Positions 31,025-41,457 of a stretch of 64,000 nucleotides of DNA are shown here, piece by piece (the first letter of the stretch is position 1; each line of letters begins with the position of its first letter). The stretch is from assembly GCA_050331735.1 (NCBI GenBank), contig JBHJGN010000011.1, forward strand, positions 192,001 to 256,000. Reading direction: 5' to 3'. The stretch is from Cyanophyceae cyanobacterium (lineage in GTDB: Bacteria > Cyanobacteriota > Cyanobacteriia > Cyanobacteriales > JBHJGN01). A program made the position numbers and the translations under genes. The notes beneath the pieces were generated by a model. It did not search any database. It saw only the letters and a list, made by a program, of their open reading frames with translations, and was not told where the DNA came from.

Positions 31025-32206
31025 CTATTGCTCCTTCTGTTGTTGGCTCGTGTTGAACATCGGTTTTGCGGCAGCCGGAGCTAAACTGCCTCGCTTGAGC
31101 TGCTCATTCTCAATGGCTTCAAACAAAGCGCGGAAATTGCCCTCTCCAAATCCTTTGGCCTGAAAGCGGCGCTCAATCAGCTCAAAAAAAAAGGTGGGTT
31201 GGGCAAATATTGGCTGAGTGAAAATCTGCAACAGCAGCGGCGGGCGGCTTTGATTCCTGTGACGATGCCGGGGAAATTCTTGCAGGTCGAGCAAAATTTC
31301 TTGAGCGACAATTTCCTGCCATTCTCGAACAGTGAGACCGAGCTGACGTAATCCCTCAAGCGGGGGACGTTGGCAGGAGGTGTCCGTTTGAGAATCTCCC
31401 ATGATGTTGCGGTAGTAGTTGGCCGGAACTTTAAGAAACGATAGACCAGCGGCTCGGTATGACTGAGTTGCTTGAGTAATGTTTGTCGTCGTGAGAGCAA
31501 TATGCTGGATTCCTGGACCCCGATTCAGATCGAGAAATTCCTGGATCTGAGAATTGGCAGATCTTGGCTCATTAATAGGAAGCTGGATCCTGCTGATTGG
31601 GTGAACCATCACCTGAGAGTAAAGGGCAGACTGTTCGGTTTGAATGGTAAAAGATTGCTGGGGTTGAAACCCCAACACGGTTTGATACCAATTTGCCGTT
31701 TTCTCTAACTCCCCTGCTGCTACATTCAACACCACATGGTCGATAGCTGTTACTCTTGCCTGTGCTGGTTTAGACGACTGCTGAACTTCCCAGACATCAG
31801 GCAGAATCGGAGTCAGTCCTGTCCGTTCAATTAACGTATGTCGTAGATGATCTCTCCCAGTCTGACACCAGCGCAACTGTCCTTGAGGGTAGTGCCGCTC
31901 TTGAATTGGATGAATACTGGCTCCTGCTTGGGCTGCTCTGGCTACAGCGGCGTCTAAGTTAGTAACTTTCAGGGCTAGATCGGCTACTCCTGGGGGATGC
32001 TGCCGGAGAAACCCGGCGATCGGACTGGATGAAGCAAGAGGAGAAGACAGCACCAAGTTAACAGCGGGGCTACCGCTGCTGACCACTTCAGTGCGAGTCT
32101 GGGAGTTGCTTGCGCTGGCGATCGCCTCAAAACCCATTGTTTGTACAAACCAATCACGCCATTTCTGAGCATCTTCAACGTAAAAGTGAATGCGGTCAAA
32201 CTGCAT
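31025..32206 (-). CDS. hppD: 4-hydroxyphenylpyruvate dioxygenase
   Basis: IDHVVLN, NSQIQEFL..NRGPGIQHIAL, FFELIERR..KGFGEGNFRALFEAIE. Confidence 0.93.
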   Translation of the reverse strand: MQFDRIHFYVEDAQKWRDWFVQTMGFEAIASASNSQTRTEVVSSGSPAVNLVLSSPLASSSPIAGFLRQHPPGVADLALKVTNLDAAVARAAQAGASIHPIQERHYPQGQLRWCQTGRDHLRHTLIERTGLTPILPDVWEVQQSSKPAQARVTAIDHVVLNVAAGELEKTANWYQTVLGFQPQQSFTIQTEQSALYSQVMVHPISRIQLPINEPRSANSQIQEFLDLNRGPGIQHIALTTTNITQATQSYRAAGLSFLKVPANYYRNIMGDSQTDTSCQRPPLEGLRQLGLTVREWQEIVAQEILLDLQEFPRHRHRNQSRPPLLLQIFTQPIFAQPTFFFELIERRFQAKGFGEGNFRALFEAIENEQLKRGSLAPAAAKPMFNTSQQQKEQ

Positions 32207-32420
32207 GAGTGAGCGAAGGGGCCAATGATTCGTCGGTCAAGAGGAAAGAGTTTAACACGAGCGAGTTCGAGGAAGCCCTAACTTAAGAGGGGGTCTCCCT
32301 GACCACTGCTAGTGTATCACCTTGCTTTGTCAAGAAGCAGACCCCATCAAGCATTGGGCAATAGTAGGAAGAGATTGATTAAAATTACTAAAGAGTAGTC
32401 AGCATTTTAGCCGCCCATTT

Positions 32421-32846
32421 ATGAATTATCACGTTATCTACGACGGCAACTGTAACCTTTGCGTTACCTTTACCCAACTCCTCGAGAAGTTTGATCGCGG
32501 ACAGCAATTTGACTATATTCCCATGCAAAACGAGCCGATGCTGACGCAGTTCAATATTGCCCCTAGTGATTGCCAACTGGGAGTCATCTTGATCGATGCG
32601 AGTGCTCCTCAGCGACGCTGGCAGGGAAGCGATGCCGTAGAGGAAATTGCCAATTTACTGCCCTTCGGAGAAGCTTTTATCGCCGCTTACCGAGCTGTTC
32701 CCGGAGTGAAGTGGTTGGGCGATCGCACCTACGAGCAGGTCAGAGACAATCGCTATCGCTGGTTTGGCAAACGCGACTCTACTTATCATTCGACTTACTC
32801 CATCGGATGCAGCCCTACAGGAGAATGCAATGCGACTTGGGAGTAG
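32421..32846 (+). CDS. DCC-family thiol-disulfide oxidoreductase (DUF393)
   Basis: VIYDGNCNLC, YEQVRDNRYRWFGKR. Confidence 0.88.
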   Translation: MNYHVIYDGNCNLCVTFTQLLEKFDRGQQFDYIPMQNEPMLTQFNIAPSDCQLGVILIDASAPQRRWQGSDAVEEIANLLPFGEAFIAAYRAVPGVKWLGDRTYEQVRDNRYRWFGKRDSTYHSTYSIGCSPTGECNATWE

Positions 32847-32882
32847 CTTGCTTGCTATTCCTTTGAAAAAGCGATTAGCGAG

Positions 32883-33302
32883 CTAGTCGTTAAATAGCTC
32901 AAACACCCCTCGGCAGAAACATCTGAGTCGTTCTCCCACATCAGCGGCGGGCTGATAGCTCCCGATTAGCTGCCAGTTGTCTACTGTAGAAAGTTGCCAA
33001 GCCTGACCTTGATGATTAAATCCAGCCGTTTCAATGCCGATCAATCGACACGAGTCCTCCAGGGGATCTTGATGAAAGCGAATTTGCACCAAAATACTCC
33101 GACAATGTATGCGCTGGTTCCAGCCCGGAAAATGGAAGCCAATATCAATAGAGTCGGGGTCAACTAAATTTTGAGTCTCGGGGTCAGTTTTCCACGGCTT
33201 GAGATCGGCCTTAGTATCGGGGAACTGCGCTTTAAACAGATTAACAATGGCGGCAATTTTCGTCGTCACTTCTAGACCGTTAGCTTGTTCAGATGCATTC
33301 AC
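32883..33302 (-). CDS. Conserved cyanobacterial hypothetical protein
   Basis: ADLKPW..DP.T..LVDPDSIDIGFHFPGW motif typical of a cyanobacterial family. Confidence 0.7.
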   Translation of the reverse strand: MNASEQANGLEVTTKIAAIVNLFKAQFPDTKADLKPWKTDPETQNLVDPDSIDIGFHFPGWNQRIHCRSILVQIRFHQDPLEDSCRLIGIETAGFNHQGQAWQLSTVDNWQLIGSYQPAADVGERLRCFCRGVFELFND

Positions 33303-33544
33303 TGCCTCTCTCCTCGTTGTTAAGGGTGGTTAAAGAACTGCTTAATTACTTTTTATGACAGAATGACTAAAATTACTGTATTCTTTAGCAGGATTTTAAC
33401 AAGTAGCGATTAGCCTCAAGAAAGCTGTTAGCTCTTCAGTCAAATCCAAGGCTTCTACGAACGAGCAGCCAATTGCTAACGGCTAAGAGCTAGTTGTCCA
33501 TGAAGGCATCATCAGCAGCGTATATCTGAGGATAGTAAACAGAG

Positions 33545-34387
33545 ATGACCACAACGGAACAAGTCATCGAAGTGGGAGCGCTTCAATGGTTTTATCGAGA
33601 AGCCACTCCTAACTACGAGAGCGAAAAACCCCCTGTCTTGCTGCTGCACGGGCTACCCTCCCATAGCTATATCTGGCGAGGATTGCTGCCAGAACTAGCC
33701 GAATACGGATTGAGAGCGATCGCTCCTGACTGGATCGGTTTTGGGTTCTCTGCCAAACCAGATTCTAGAGACTTTGCCTATACTCCTGATGCTTTTGAAG
33801 AGGCCCTGGCCAATTTCTTGCAGGCTTTAAACCTGACTAAGTTTTCTTTAATCGTCCAGGGGTTTTTAGGGTCAGTTGGTTTGCAGTACGCTTTAGAACA
33901 CCAAGAGCAAATCGAGCGTTTAGTCATTCTCAATACGCCTCTCTCTAAAGCGGCTAAGCTGCCCTGGCAGATGCGGCAGTGGGGATTGCCCTTTATCGGC
34001 GATATGCTCACGCAAGATCCGCTCCTGGTCGATCGGACCTTAGAAGGAGGCAGCGGATTTGTGATTGCTGATGAAAATCTAGCAGCCTATCGTCAACCCT
34101 TCTTGAAAAGTTCTGCTGCTGGACGAGCTTTAAAGGCCACCGTCAAAAATCTCAAGCTCCCTGAAGCGATGGCCAAGCTCGCATCGCAATCCTGGGAAAA
34201 TCCGACTCTCCTCGTTTGGGGGATGGCCGATCCCTGGCTCACTCCAGATGAGGCCACTCGGATGGCTAGCTCTTACTTGCAAGTAGAATTACTCAAGCTA
34301 GAAGAAGCCAAGCACTATCTCCAGGAACACTGGCTTAAAGAAATTAGCCCCGCCATTATTAATTTCCTTCGTCGCCAGGTGCTGTAG
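33545..34387 (+). CDS. Alpha/beta-fold hydrolase (haloalkane dehalogenase-like)
   Basis: LLLHGLPSHSY, APDWIGFGFSAKP, LVWGMADP, HYLQE. Confidence 0.88.
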   Translation: MTTTEQVIEVGALQWFYREATPNYESEKPPVLLLHGLPSHSYIWRGLLPELAEYGLRAIAPDWIGFGFSAKPDSRDFAYTPDAFEEALANFLQALNLTKFSLIVQGFLGSVGLQYALEHQEQIERLVILNTPLSKAAKLPWQMRQWGLPFIGDMLTQDPLLVDRTLEGGSGFVIADENLAAYRQPFLKSSAAGRALKATVKNLKLPEAMAKLASQSWENPTLLVWGMADPWLTPDEATRMASSYLQVELLKLEEAKHYLQEHWLKEISPAIINFLRRQVL

Positions 34388-34536
34388 TAGTTCTCACGAA
34401 TAGCAGGAAGCAGTAGACTCGTTAGTTGATTGCTGATAGTTCATTATCGAGTACCGACTTGATGCTATTTGGCAAACCGCTCTTTACTAGAGGAGGCGAT
34501 CGCCTAGGAGCAAACACAGAACCACCAATATCTCCC

Positions 34537-35292
34537 TCACGGCTCACTGTTTTCTGCCTCTTCGGGCGGTAAATCAAACAAAACGGTCGTCATGTAAGTT
34601 TCCGCCCAGTCAGGCCCAAACGCTTTTTCGAGGACGCGGCGAGTTTTATCATTCTGTTGCTGTTTGGTGCAGTAGTAACGCTGTCCGGCTAGATGCATCG
34701 CCTGCTGTTCGACGGAGACTGGTTGCGCCTGAAGTGCCTGTTGAGCGTGAATCTCAAGATAGTCCTTGACACGACTAACGAACTGGGTTTCTTCCTCTGG
34801 GCTACCAGGACGAACAAACAAACAAAAGGGTGAAAAAATATCTCCCCATGCCGGGAGTTCGCGGAGGTGGGAAAAGGACGCTGGCGGCAACGCCGTTAGA
34901 GCGTGGTGATAAGCGTCAGGAAGAGAACGTTCCGCACTGGTCGGAGAAAGATCGGCAATGGCCGCACTCACCTGCCCTCGTCCGGATACAATATCGCAGC
35001 CGAACAAGGGTAAAGCATATTCAACCCGGGGAAACATCACGCAGTGCAGAATGTCGAGGGAAGTTCCCACCTGCGCTAGTTCTAGGTGCAGCTTACGGAA
35101 CTGAGGCGTTTGATAGCAGCGATTTTCAATTCTGAGCTTTTCTCCTTCTAATCGTCCTTCAACGTAGCCTAATCCTTCCGGTAGCTGATAGGAAGAAAGG
35201 TCATACTGTTCCCAGCTAGATAAAATCGTCTTAGCAAGCTGGCGAATGAGGGGATGTAACTCTTGTTGGAGTGAGTGTGGAGTTTCTAACAT
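34537..35292 (-). CDS. pcyA: Phycocyanobilin:ferredoxin oxidoreductase
   Basis: [41 protein letters not shown]. Confidence 0.95.
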   Translation of the reverse strand: MLETPHSLQQELHPLIRQLAKTILSSWEQYDLSSYQLPEGLGYVEGRLEGEKLRIENRCYQTPQFRKLHLELAQVGTSLDILHCVMFPRVEYALPLFGCDIVSGRGQVSAAIADLSPTSAERSLPDAYHHALTALPPASFSHLRELPAWGDIFSPFCLFVRPGSPEEETQFVSRVKDYLEIHAQQALQAQPVSVEQQAMHLAGQRYYCTKQQQNDKTRRVLEKAFGPDWAETYMTTVLFDLPPEEAENSEP

Positions 35293-35395
35293 TTTCTGAA
35301 TCGGGATTCTTTGGCAAATTGCCTGCACTTCTTAAGTTAACGGTATACTAAGACTAACGATATTATCGCGTAGTGAGATGCGCGATCGCATACCT

Positions 35396-35575
35396 ATGTT
35401 TGGTTTAGGATGGCCAGAAGTCGCCATCATTGGCGTTGTTGCCTTACTTATCTTTGGTCCCAAGAAGATTCCCGAAGTAGGTAGCTCTTTGGGCAAAACC
35501 CTCCGCGGCTTTAGGGAAGAGATGAACAATCCTTCTGAAGAAGAGTCTGAAGCAGACCGGGCTGAAGAAGGTTAA
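35396..35575 (+). CDS. tatA: Twin-arginine translocase TatA/TatE subunit
   Basis: MFGLGWPEVAII..LLIFGPKKIPEVGSSLGK. Confidence 0.92.
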   Translation: MFGLGWPEVAIIGVVALLIFGPKKIPEVGSSLGKTLRGFREEMNNPSEEESEADRAEEG

Positions 35576-35739
35576 GGTTGCTCGGAACCGTAGTGCTGAG
35601 TCTGAACTCAGAATATAGAGGCCCAAAAGACGATTAGCAGGAAGCTTGATAGCAAGTCTGTCATGGAGCCTTACGAATAGGGAATACTGGGATGAAGGTC
35701 AGCCCGCCTCCTAAAATAGCAAGCAAAAGGCGAGCAGAA

Positions 35740-36954
35740 TCAAGAGCCTTGCTTAATCGCGGCTTCATAGCGCTGACCAAGGCTTTCCCAAGTGTAGTTT
35801 TCTTCAATCAGCCGCCGCCCATTCTTAGAGAGTTTTTGTCTGAGTTCTGGACTTTCAAACAGTTCACTAATTTTATCAACGTATTCGGGAACGGTATTAG
35901 CTCGCAACGCTCTTAACGGAACTTTTGAGGTATCCACTTCCACCCCCTCTAAACCGCGATCGCTCGCTACTAAAGGAACGCCCGCCGCCATTGCTTCCAA
36001 GGTTTTGTTTTTAATGCCGAATCCTGAACGCATCGGAACAACACACACGGTTGCCTGATGAAGATAAGTAACCATTGATGGAACCCGACCCGTTACCGTT
36101 ATCCCGGGTTTTTGGGCTAAGTCCTGTACCGCAGCAGAGGGATTACCACCCACAATACTCAGGGTAGCGTTCGGATATTGAGCCTGGAGTTGAGGCAGCA
36201 CTGCCAACGCAAAGAAACAAGCCGCATCAATGTTCACAACATAATCCATGCCGCCTGTAATAATGAGGTGATATCCCCCCGGGTCGGCTCTACGGAAGGG
36301 AAAAACGGTTAAATCTACCCCATTCGGAATTACTGCGAGCGAATTAGAAGCAGATAGTTTGTGAATGTGCTGGCGATCTTCTGCGGTTGTCACCACTAAA
36401 GCAGAAAATTTGCTGTAAACTCGCTGTTCATATCGTTTGAGTAAGGGAAGATACAGGCGATCGCGCCAAGGAGTCTCAGAAAGACGGTTCGCTAGCTGAT
36501 TTTTGCAGGTTTGATAGGCAGAACTATGGATGTTAATGACCGTCGTTACCTGTTGTTTCCAGTGAGGACGAATGTAAATTTCATTGGCGCTGTGTTCGCA
36601 GGTGATCGCATTGTAGTGTCCCGAGGCGATCGCCCGATCTAACCAGTCCTGCATTTCCCAAACGTATAAGTAGCGCACATTAGGGGGAGTTCCTTCCCAG
36701 GCAAAAGCTCCTAAGCGCCCTATTTTACTCAAGATGTTGGTTGATACTTCAACGGGTTGTGAAAAAACGACCAAAGTATTAACGATTTTCCGTAATGCAT
36801 CGATTTCTTGAGGCGTAACATCTTTGGACGGGAGAGTAACGAGAGTGACCTCATGTCTTTGGCTCAGATATTTCACAAAGTTAAAGGTTCTCACCTGCGT
36901 TCCCCCTTTGGAGGGAGGATAAGGAAACGTCACCGAAAGCATTAAAATTTTCAT
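35740..36954 (-). CDS. Glycosyltransferase family 4
   Basis: FPYPPSKGG, IPNGVD, GIKNKTLEAMAAGVP. Confidence 0.9.
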   Translation of the reverse strand: MKILMLSVTFPYPPSKGGTQVRTFNFVKYLSQRHEVTLVTLPSKDVTPQEIDALRKIVNTLVVFSQPVEVSTNILSKIGRLGAFAWEGTPPNVRYLYVWEMQDWLDRAIASGHYNAITCEHSANEIYIRPHWKQQVTTVINIHSSAYQTCKNQLANRLSETPWRDRLYLPLLKRYEQRVYSKFSALVVTTAEDRQHIHKLSASNSLAVIPNGVDLTVFPFRRADPGGYHLIITGGMDYVVNIDAACFFALAVLPQLQAQYPNATLSIVGGNPSAAVQDLAQKPGITVTGRVPSMVTYLHQATVCVVPMRSGFGIKNKTLEAMAAGVPLVASDRGLEGVEVDTSKVPLRALRANTVPEYVDKISELFESPELRQKLSKNGRRLIEENYTWESLGQRYEAAIKQGS

Positions 36955-37065
36955 GATGAGCCAATAAAAGAACAAACTTAGATAAGTATGAGAAAAGCAT
37001 CAACCTGGCAAAATTGATAGCTCAGATAAATTTGTTCATAACATTTGGTTAACTCAGTTTCCTCG

Positions 37066-38703
37066 CTAACTTTGAAAATTCTGATGGTTTACTTGCCAAA
37101 CATTAGAAATTCTCGATTGTGGATCGCTAAATAGCGGAGATAAATTCCACTCTGGTGCTTTTTCCAATCTTTGTATTGAGTCTGAGGAAGGTTTGAACAA
37201 AATAACCTCGCTAAACCGCTGGGGCGAATCCTCGTTGGTATTTTCTTCTAGTAGCTCCAACAGTGGTGGGCGGTCAATATGAGCAGAAACGTTATCATGC
37301 AGCAAATAGCTCATGGTTAAGGCATCTCCGCTATCGTTAAAGATAACCAATGGCCGCTCAAACTGATTGATTCTCTGAGCAATCTTCGGAAAGTCGGGCG
37401 AACCGAATGCCGACCAAGATTCAGCTTTAGTGATGATTCCACCAGAAAAAATCCCCCCGACAATTAGAAGAGTAAGTACGACTTCGCCCCCTCTTTTTTT
37501 CCATTTAGGAACACCCGTTTCAATCTGAGTAAATAAATAGCAAATAACGGCTAACTCTATGCCTAAAACGTAGGGAATCATATAGCGAAGGCGAGTTGAA
37601 AAGCTATTGCCCGTCAAGACATCTCTAGCCATTAATGAACACCCACCTAAAATAATAAACGCTAGTATTAAAATACGACTCTTAGAATTGATCAGTGAAG
37701 AGCGACAAACAAAATAAATCGAGAGTAACATTAACAGTAAAATCAGAGGGGTATAAAGGCGCTGAACCGTTTGAAAGTTTTGAGTAAAGTCTCTCCAAGG
37801 ATCGTTAAAATGAACAAAAATTGTCGGGATCTGTACGATCCAAGTTCTTAATAAGTCCGTAAAAGACAGGTTGGCAGCAGCCGGTTGTGCCACTGAATAT
37901 TCGAATAATCCTGGCCTGGTTATCCACTTAATAAACCACGGCAAAAATGCTCCCACCCCAATAGCTAGAGCAACCACAAATGATCTTAAGCGTTTAGTAA
38001 TCCGAAATTTTTCTATGAAAACGACAAAGACCACTTGTGCTATTAACCCAAATTCAAAAAGCAAGTGGGAGTAGAGACCAAAAGCAACATTAACTGCATA
38101 CAGTCCCCAATTTTTCCAGTTATTTAATCGCAATGCCCTCAGCAAAGATGCGCTAGATAGCAAGGTGGTAGCCGTTGTTAAACTATAAGTCCTCACGATT
38201 TGAGCATACTGAAGATGATAAGGGGAAATGGCGAGTATGGCTGTGCCTATTAAAGCCAGCTTTTTTGAACCCGACAATTCCCAGCAGAGCCAATACATTC
38301 CCACGAAAGAGAGCAGACTAATCAAGCTAGATAAGCTACGAGTAATTAAGGCGGGGCTGACTGAATCATCTAACCACAATCGACTCCAGATCTGCATGAG
38401 AATAGCATATAGAGGAGGAAAAACGTAAGGAACATCGATTAGTCTGTACACCCCGTCAACTAAATTTTCCTCGGGATCGAGTTTCTGAAAATTTTGTAAC
38501 TCTTTGATAGGAATTACTTGCTCGTAGATTCCTGATTCTTCTAAGTTGTGCCCAAAAATGTAAGTGGTGCTGAACGTTTCATCTAAAGAGTATAGTTTTT
38601 GATCTAAGTTGGAAAACCGAAAAATAACTCCCAAGATAATGGCAACAATCAGCAGGATTGTCAAAAAGCGGGGAAATGTTCGTTCTTTAATGTCGGTGTT
38701 CAT
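37066..38703 (-). CDS. GT-C fold membrane glycosyltransferase (GT39/PMT-like)
   Basis: RFSNLD..YSLDE, PPLY, AISPYHLQYAQIVRTYSL, multiple TM segments. More AT-rich than its neighbours. Confidence 0.8.
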   Translation of the reverse strand: MNTDIKERTFPRFLTILLIVAIILGVIFRFSNLDQKLYSLDETFSTTYIFGHNLEESGIYEQVIPIKELQNFQKLDPEENLVDGVYRLIDVPYVFPPLYAILMQIWSRLWLDDSVSPALITRSLSSLISLLSFVGMYWLCWELSGSKKLALIGTAILAISPYHLQYAQIVRTYSLTTATTLLSSASLLRALRLNNWKNWGLYAVNVAFGLYSHLLFEFGLIAQVVFVVFIEKFRITKRLRSFVVALAIGVGAFLPWFIKWITRPGLFEYSVAQPAAANLSFTDLLRTWIVQIPTIFVHFNDPWRDFTQNFQTVQRLYTPLILLLMLLSIYFVCRSSLINSKSRILILAFIILGGCSLMARDVLTGNSFSTRLRYMIPYVLGIELAVICYLFTQIETGVPKWKKRGGEVVLTLLIVGGIFSGGIITKAESWSAFGSPDFPKIAQRINQFERPLVIFNDSGDALTMSYLLHDNVSAHIDRPPLLELLEENTNEDSPQRFSEVILFKPSSDSIQRLEKAPEWNLSPLFSDPQSRISNVWQVNHQNFQS

Positions 38704-38854
38704 GACGGTTTTGTCGCCGGTAGTGAGCAGGGATATTCTTCTAGGAAGCAGCGACTCTACTAGTTAATGAAATGTCCCACAACATCTTTTTATGAAGGCT
38801 TGTTCTTGATGAGCTACTGATGCAGAGTGGGAGACGCATACAGCAGCAAGCCTT

Positions 38855-39814
38855 TCATCTCGAGTTCAGGCTGGCTTCCACCATCATTTTGACAATCTCC
38901 GGCATTTGGTACCGAGCCTGCCACCCCAATTTCGCTCGCGCTTTAGCGGGGTTGCCGCGGCTAATTGCCAATTCTGTGGGACGCAGAAGACTCGCATCGG
39001 TATCAACATGGTCTTGCCAGTCTAGCCCAACGCACTCAAAGGCTCTCGCCACAAACTCAGCCAGAGAGTAGCTGGTTCCGGTGGCAATTGCATAATCATC
39101 GGGCTGTTCCTGCTGGAGCATTCGATACATGGCTTCAACGTACTCAGGGGCCCAGCCCCAGTCTCGCTCGATGGAAATATTGCCTAAATGAAGCTTTTCC
39201 GGGCTACCCTGAGCGATGCGGCAGGCCGTAGCCACAATTTTCTGCGTGACAAATCGTTGGGGTCTGAGGGGAGATTCGTGGTTAAAGAGAATGCCCGAAC
39301 AGGCAAAGAGGCCGTAAGCCTCTCGGTAATTAGCTACTTCCCAAAAAGCAGCGGATTTTGCCACTGCATAGGGGCTGCGAGGACGGAAGGGAGTCGTTTC
39401 ATCGGCAGCGCGATCGCCAATATCCCCAAAACATTCGCTCGAGCCGGCATTGTAAAACTTAATGGGCGCTCCCGTAAAGCGAATCGCTTCTAGAAAATTG
39501 AGCGTCCCGATGGTAATACTTTCTAGGGTCTCCACGGGTTGTTCAAACGACAGCCCTACCGAACTCTGTCCAGCCAAATTATACACTTCATCTGGCTCAA
39601 TCTTCTTCAAGACCTGAAGCACACTGCGAAAATCGTTGAGCGCCATGGATTCTAGCTTTATCCGGTCGCGGATGCCCAAGCGCCTTAACTTCTCAAAAGA
39701 CGACATCTGAGCATCCCGCGACGTGCCACAAACCAAATATCCTTTTTCTAACAGAAACCTTGCTAAATAAGAGCCATCTTGGCCAGATATTCCACAAATT
39801 AGTGCTTTTTTCAT
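38855..39814 (-). CDS. gmd: GDP-mannose 4,6-dehydratase
   Basis: GISGQDGSYLA, YAVAK, LFNHESPLR, RDWGWAPEYV. Confidence 0.88.
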   Translation of the reverse strand: MKKALICGISGQDGSYLARFLLEKGYLVCGTSRDAQMSSFEKLRRLGIRDRIKLESMALNDFRSVLQVLKKIEPDEVYNLAGQSSVGLSFEQPVETLESITIGTLNFLEAIRFTGAPIKFYNAGSSECFGDIGDRAADETTPFRPRSPYAVAKSAAFWEVANYREAYGLFACSGILFNHESPLRPQRFVTQKIVATACRIAQGSPEKLHLGNISIERDWGWAPEYVEAMYRMLQQEQPDDYAIATGTSYSLAEFVARAFECVGLDWQDHVDTDASLLRPTELAISRGNPAKARAKLGWQARYQMPEIVKMMVEASLNSR

Positions 39815-39877
39815 CTGTTATTGCCCAATCTTGATTTTGCTTGGAATAACAAACCTGTTTGTCGGACAGAAATTGCG

Positions 39878-40813
39878 TTAACGTTTTTGCCATTTTGGCA
39901 TTCCCATCCAGTTTTGAACAACCGCACTCAGATAACCAATTTGACCGTAGGCGTAGGCAAAATTATCAAAGCGCTGAGCTGGATTGGGAAAATACTTTAG
40001 GGATTTGTACAGTCCCCGCACTAATCGTTCTCCACCGCGACTTAACTGGCCGACCCCGGTCTGACCAGCAATTTCTTCTCGGTAACACTCGCTAATGCCT
40101 TGCCACCAGCTACGTTCTAAGAACCATTTAGGACTCAGCCGTTCTGGTGCGACGTTATGAGCCGCCAGAGCATCAGGCAGATAAGCAACCTGCCATTTCT
40201 GTTTGAGCGCTAACTCTGTCATATACAGTTCTTCGTTGGAGAGCAAGATATTGCCCACTCTGCCCAAATTTGGGTCGAAGCCGCCAATTTTGTCTAGAAA
40301 CGTGCGGCGAATAGCATAGTTTAATCCTCTCGGGGTTAATCCTGGCTGCTCAATATAGACAACCGCCTCTCCGAGGTCGTAAGCACCTAACCCTTGGGCT
40401 AAATCTGTGGAAATCCAGTTAGGTGCGGAGATTCCTTCGGGCCAGATTAACGTGACTTTCCCACCTGCAACAGCTAGTTTATCATTTTGCTGAAAGGCAT
40501 CAACCAAAACTCTCAACCACTGAGGGCTGGCTACGGCATCATCATCTAAGTAGGCCAGAATAGGAGCGGTGGTTTCTTTGGCTCCGCGATTGCGGGCCAC
40601 CGACAGTCCTGTAACGGGTTCGTAGATGTACTTTAAGCAGGGGTGAGGAAAGCGAGCCTCCACCACTTCCCGCGTTCGGTCTTGAGAAGCATTATCCACG
40701 ACCACCACCTCATAGTTAGCAGTATCTTGATTCAGTAAACTATCGATAGCAGCTCCTAGATAAGAATCGCGGTTGTGGGTACAGATAATAGCGGCGATCG
40801 TCGGTTCTGACAT
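39878..40813 (-). CDS. Glycosyltransferase family 2
   Basis: IICTHNR, VVDNAS, GLSVARN, YLDDDA. Confidence 0.9.
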   Translation of the reverse strand: MSEPTIAAIICTHNRDSYLGAAIDSLLNQDTANYEVVVVDNASQDRTREVVEARFPHPCLKYIYEPVTGLSVARNRGAKETTAPILAYLDDDAVASPQWLRVLVDAFQQNDKLAVAGGKVTLIWPEGISAPNWISTDLAQGLGAYDLGEAVVYIEQPGLTPRGLNYAIRRTFLDKIGGFDPNLGRVGNILLSNEELYMTELALKQKWQVAYLPDALAAHNVAPERLSPKWFLERSWWQGISECYREEIAGQTGVGQLSRGGERLVRGLYKSLKYFPNPAQRFDNFAYAYGQIGYLSAVVQNWMGMPKWQKR

Positions 40814-41457
40814 AGATTGTAACGGCGGCTAGCAGCGAATTTACTGATAAACACTAAACAGAGCTATCTTTACAATTTTCGGTTTGTCTAGTTATCCTGG
40901 CTTTAAAACTGAGCTGAGACACTATTTTATCAAGTCTGATTAATAATGCACACCCAGATTTTACGAGATAATTACTGTGGCGATCGCTTTTTAATAATGG
41001 TTGATGGTTAATAGTCTCGTTCTGAATACGACGATATTTTTTTTTATGAGGAAGTGCTTGATGTAGCGGTCCTCATTCTAACGAAGTATGGTTTTAGTAC
41101 TTCATTTTTTTTCGATGGTTTATAGTGCATTGCTTTTTGAATGCGACAAATTTTCTCTCAATGATTCAAAAAAAGTCGTAGATTTATTGTGACTGTAAAC
41201 CGATAAAAATTAGTTAAGGTAAAAGCGTTTTATGACCGTTACTAGCTTGAAAAATATACGGTGGCAACCAGAGCTTTACCCATCTATTTCTATTGCTGTT
41301 ACTGCAAAAAATATATGGTTCGCTTGTCTACAAAAATTTTTAGAAACTACAATAAACAAAAGCGTTCTAGACAAAAAACTATTAACAATCGACAATCAGC
41401 AAAACACTATGACCCTAAGACTATACTGCCTTAAAGTGAAAACCGCTATCAACTAAG

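Noticed and set aside
41232..41456. 74-aa ORF in the AT-rich gap between divergent GT2 genes
   Set aside because: AT-rich promoter-like sequence with no motif; likely spurious.
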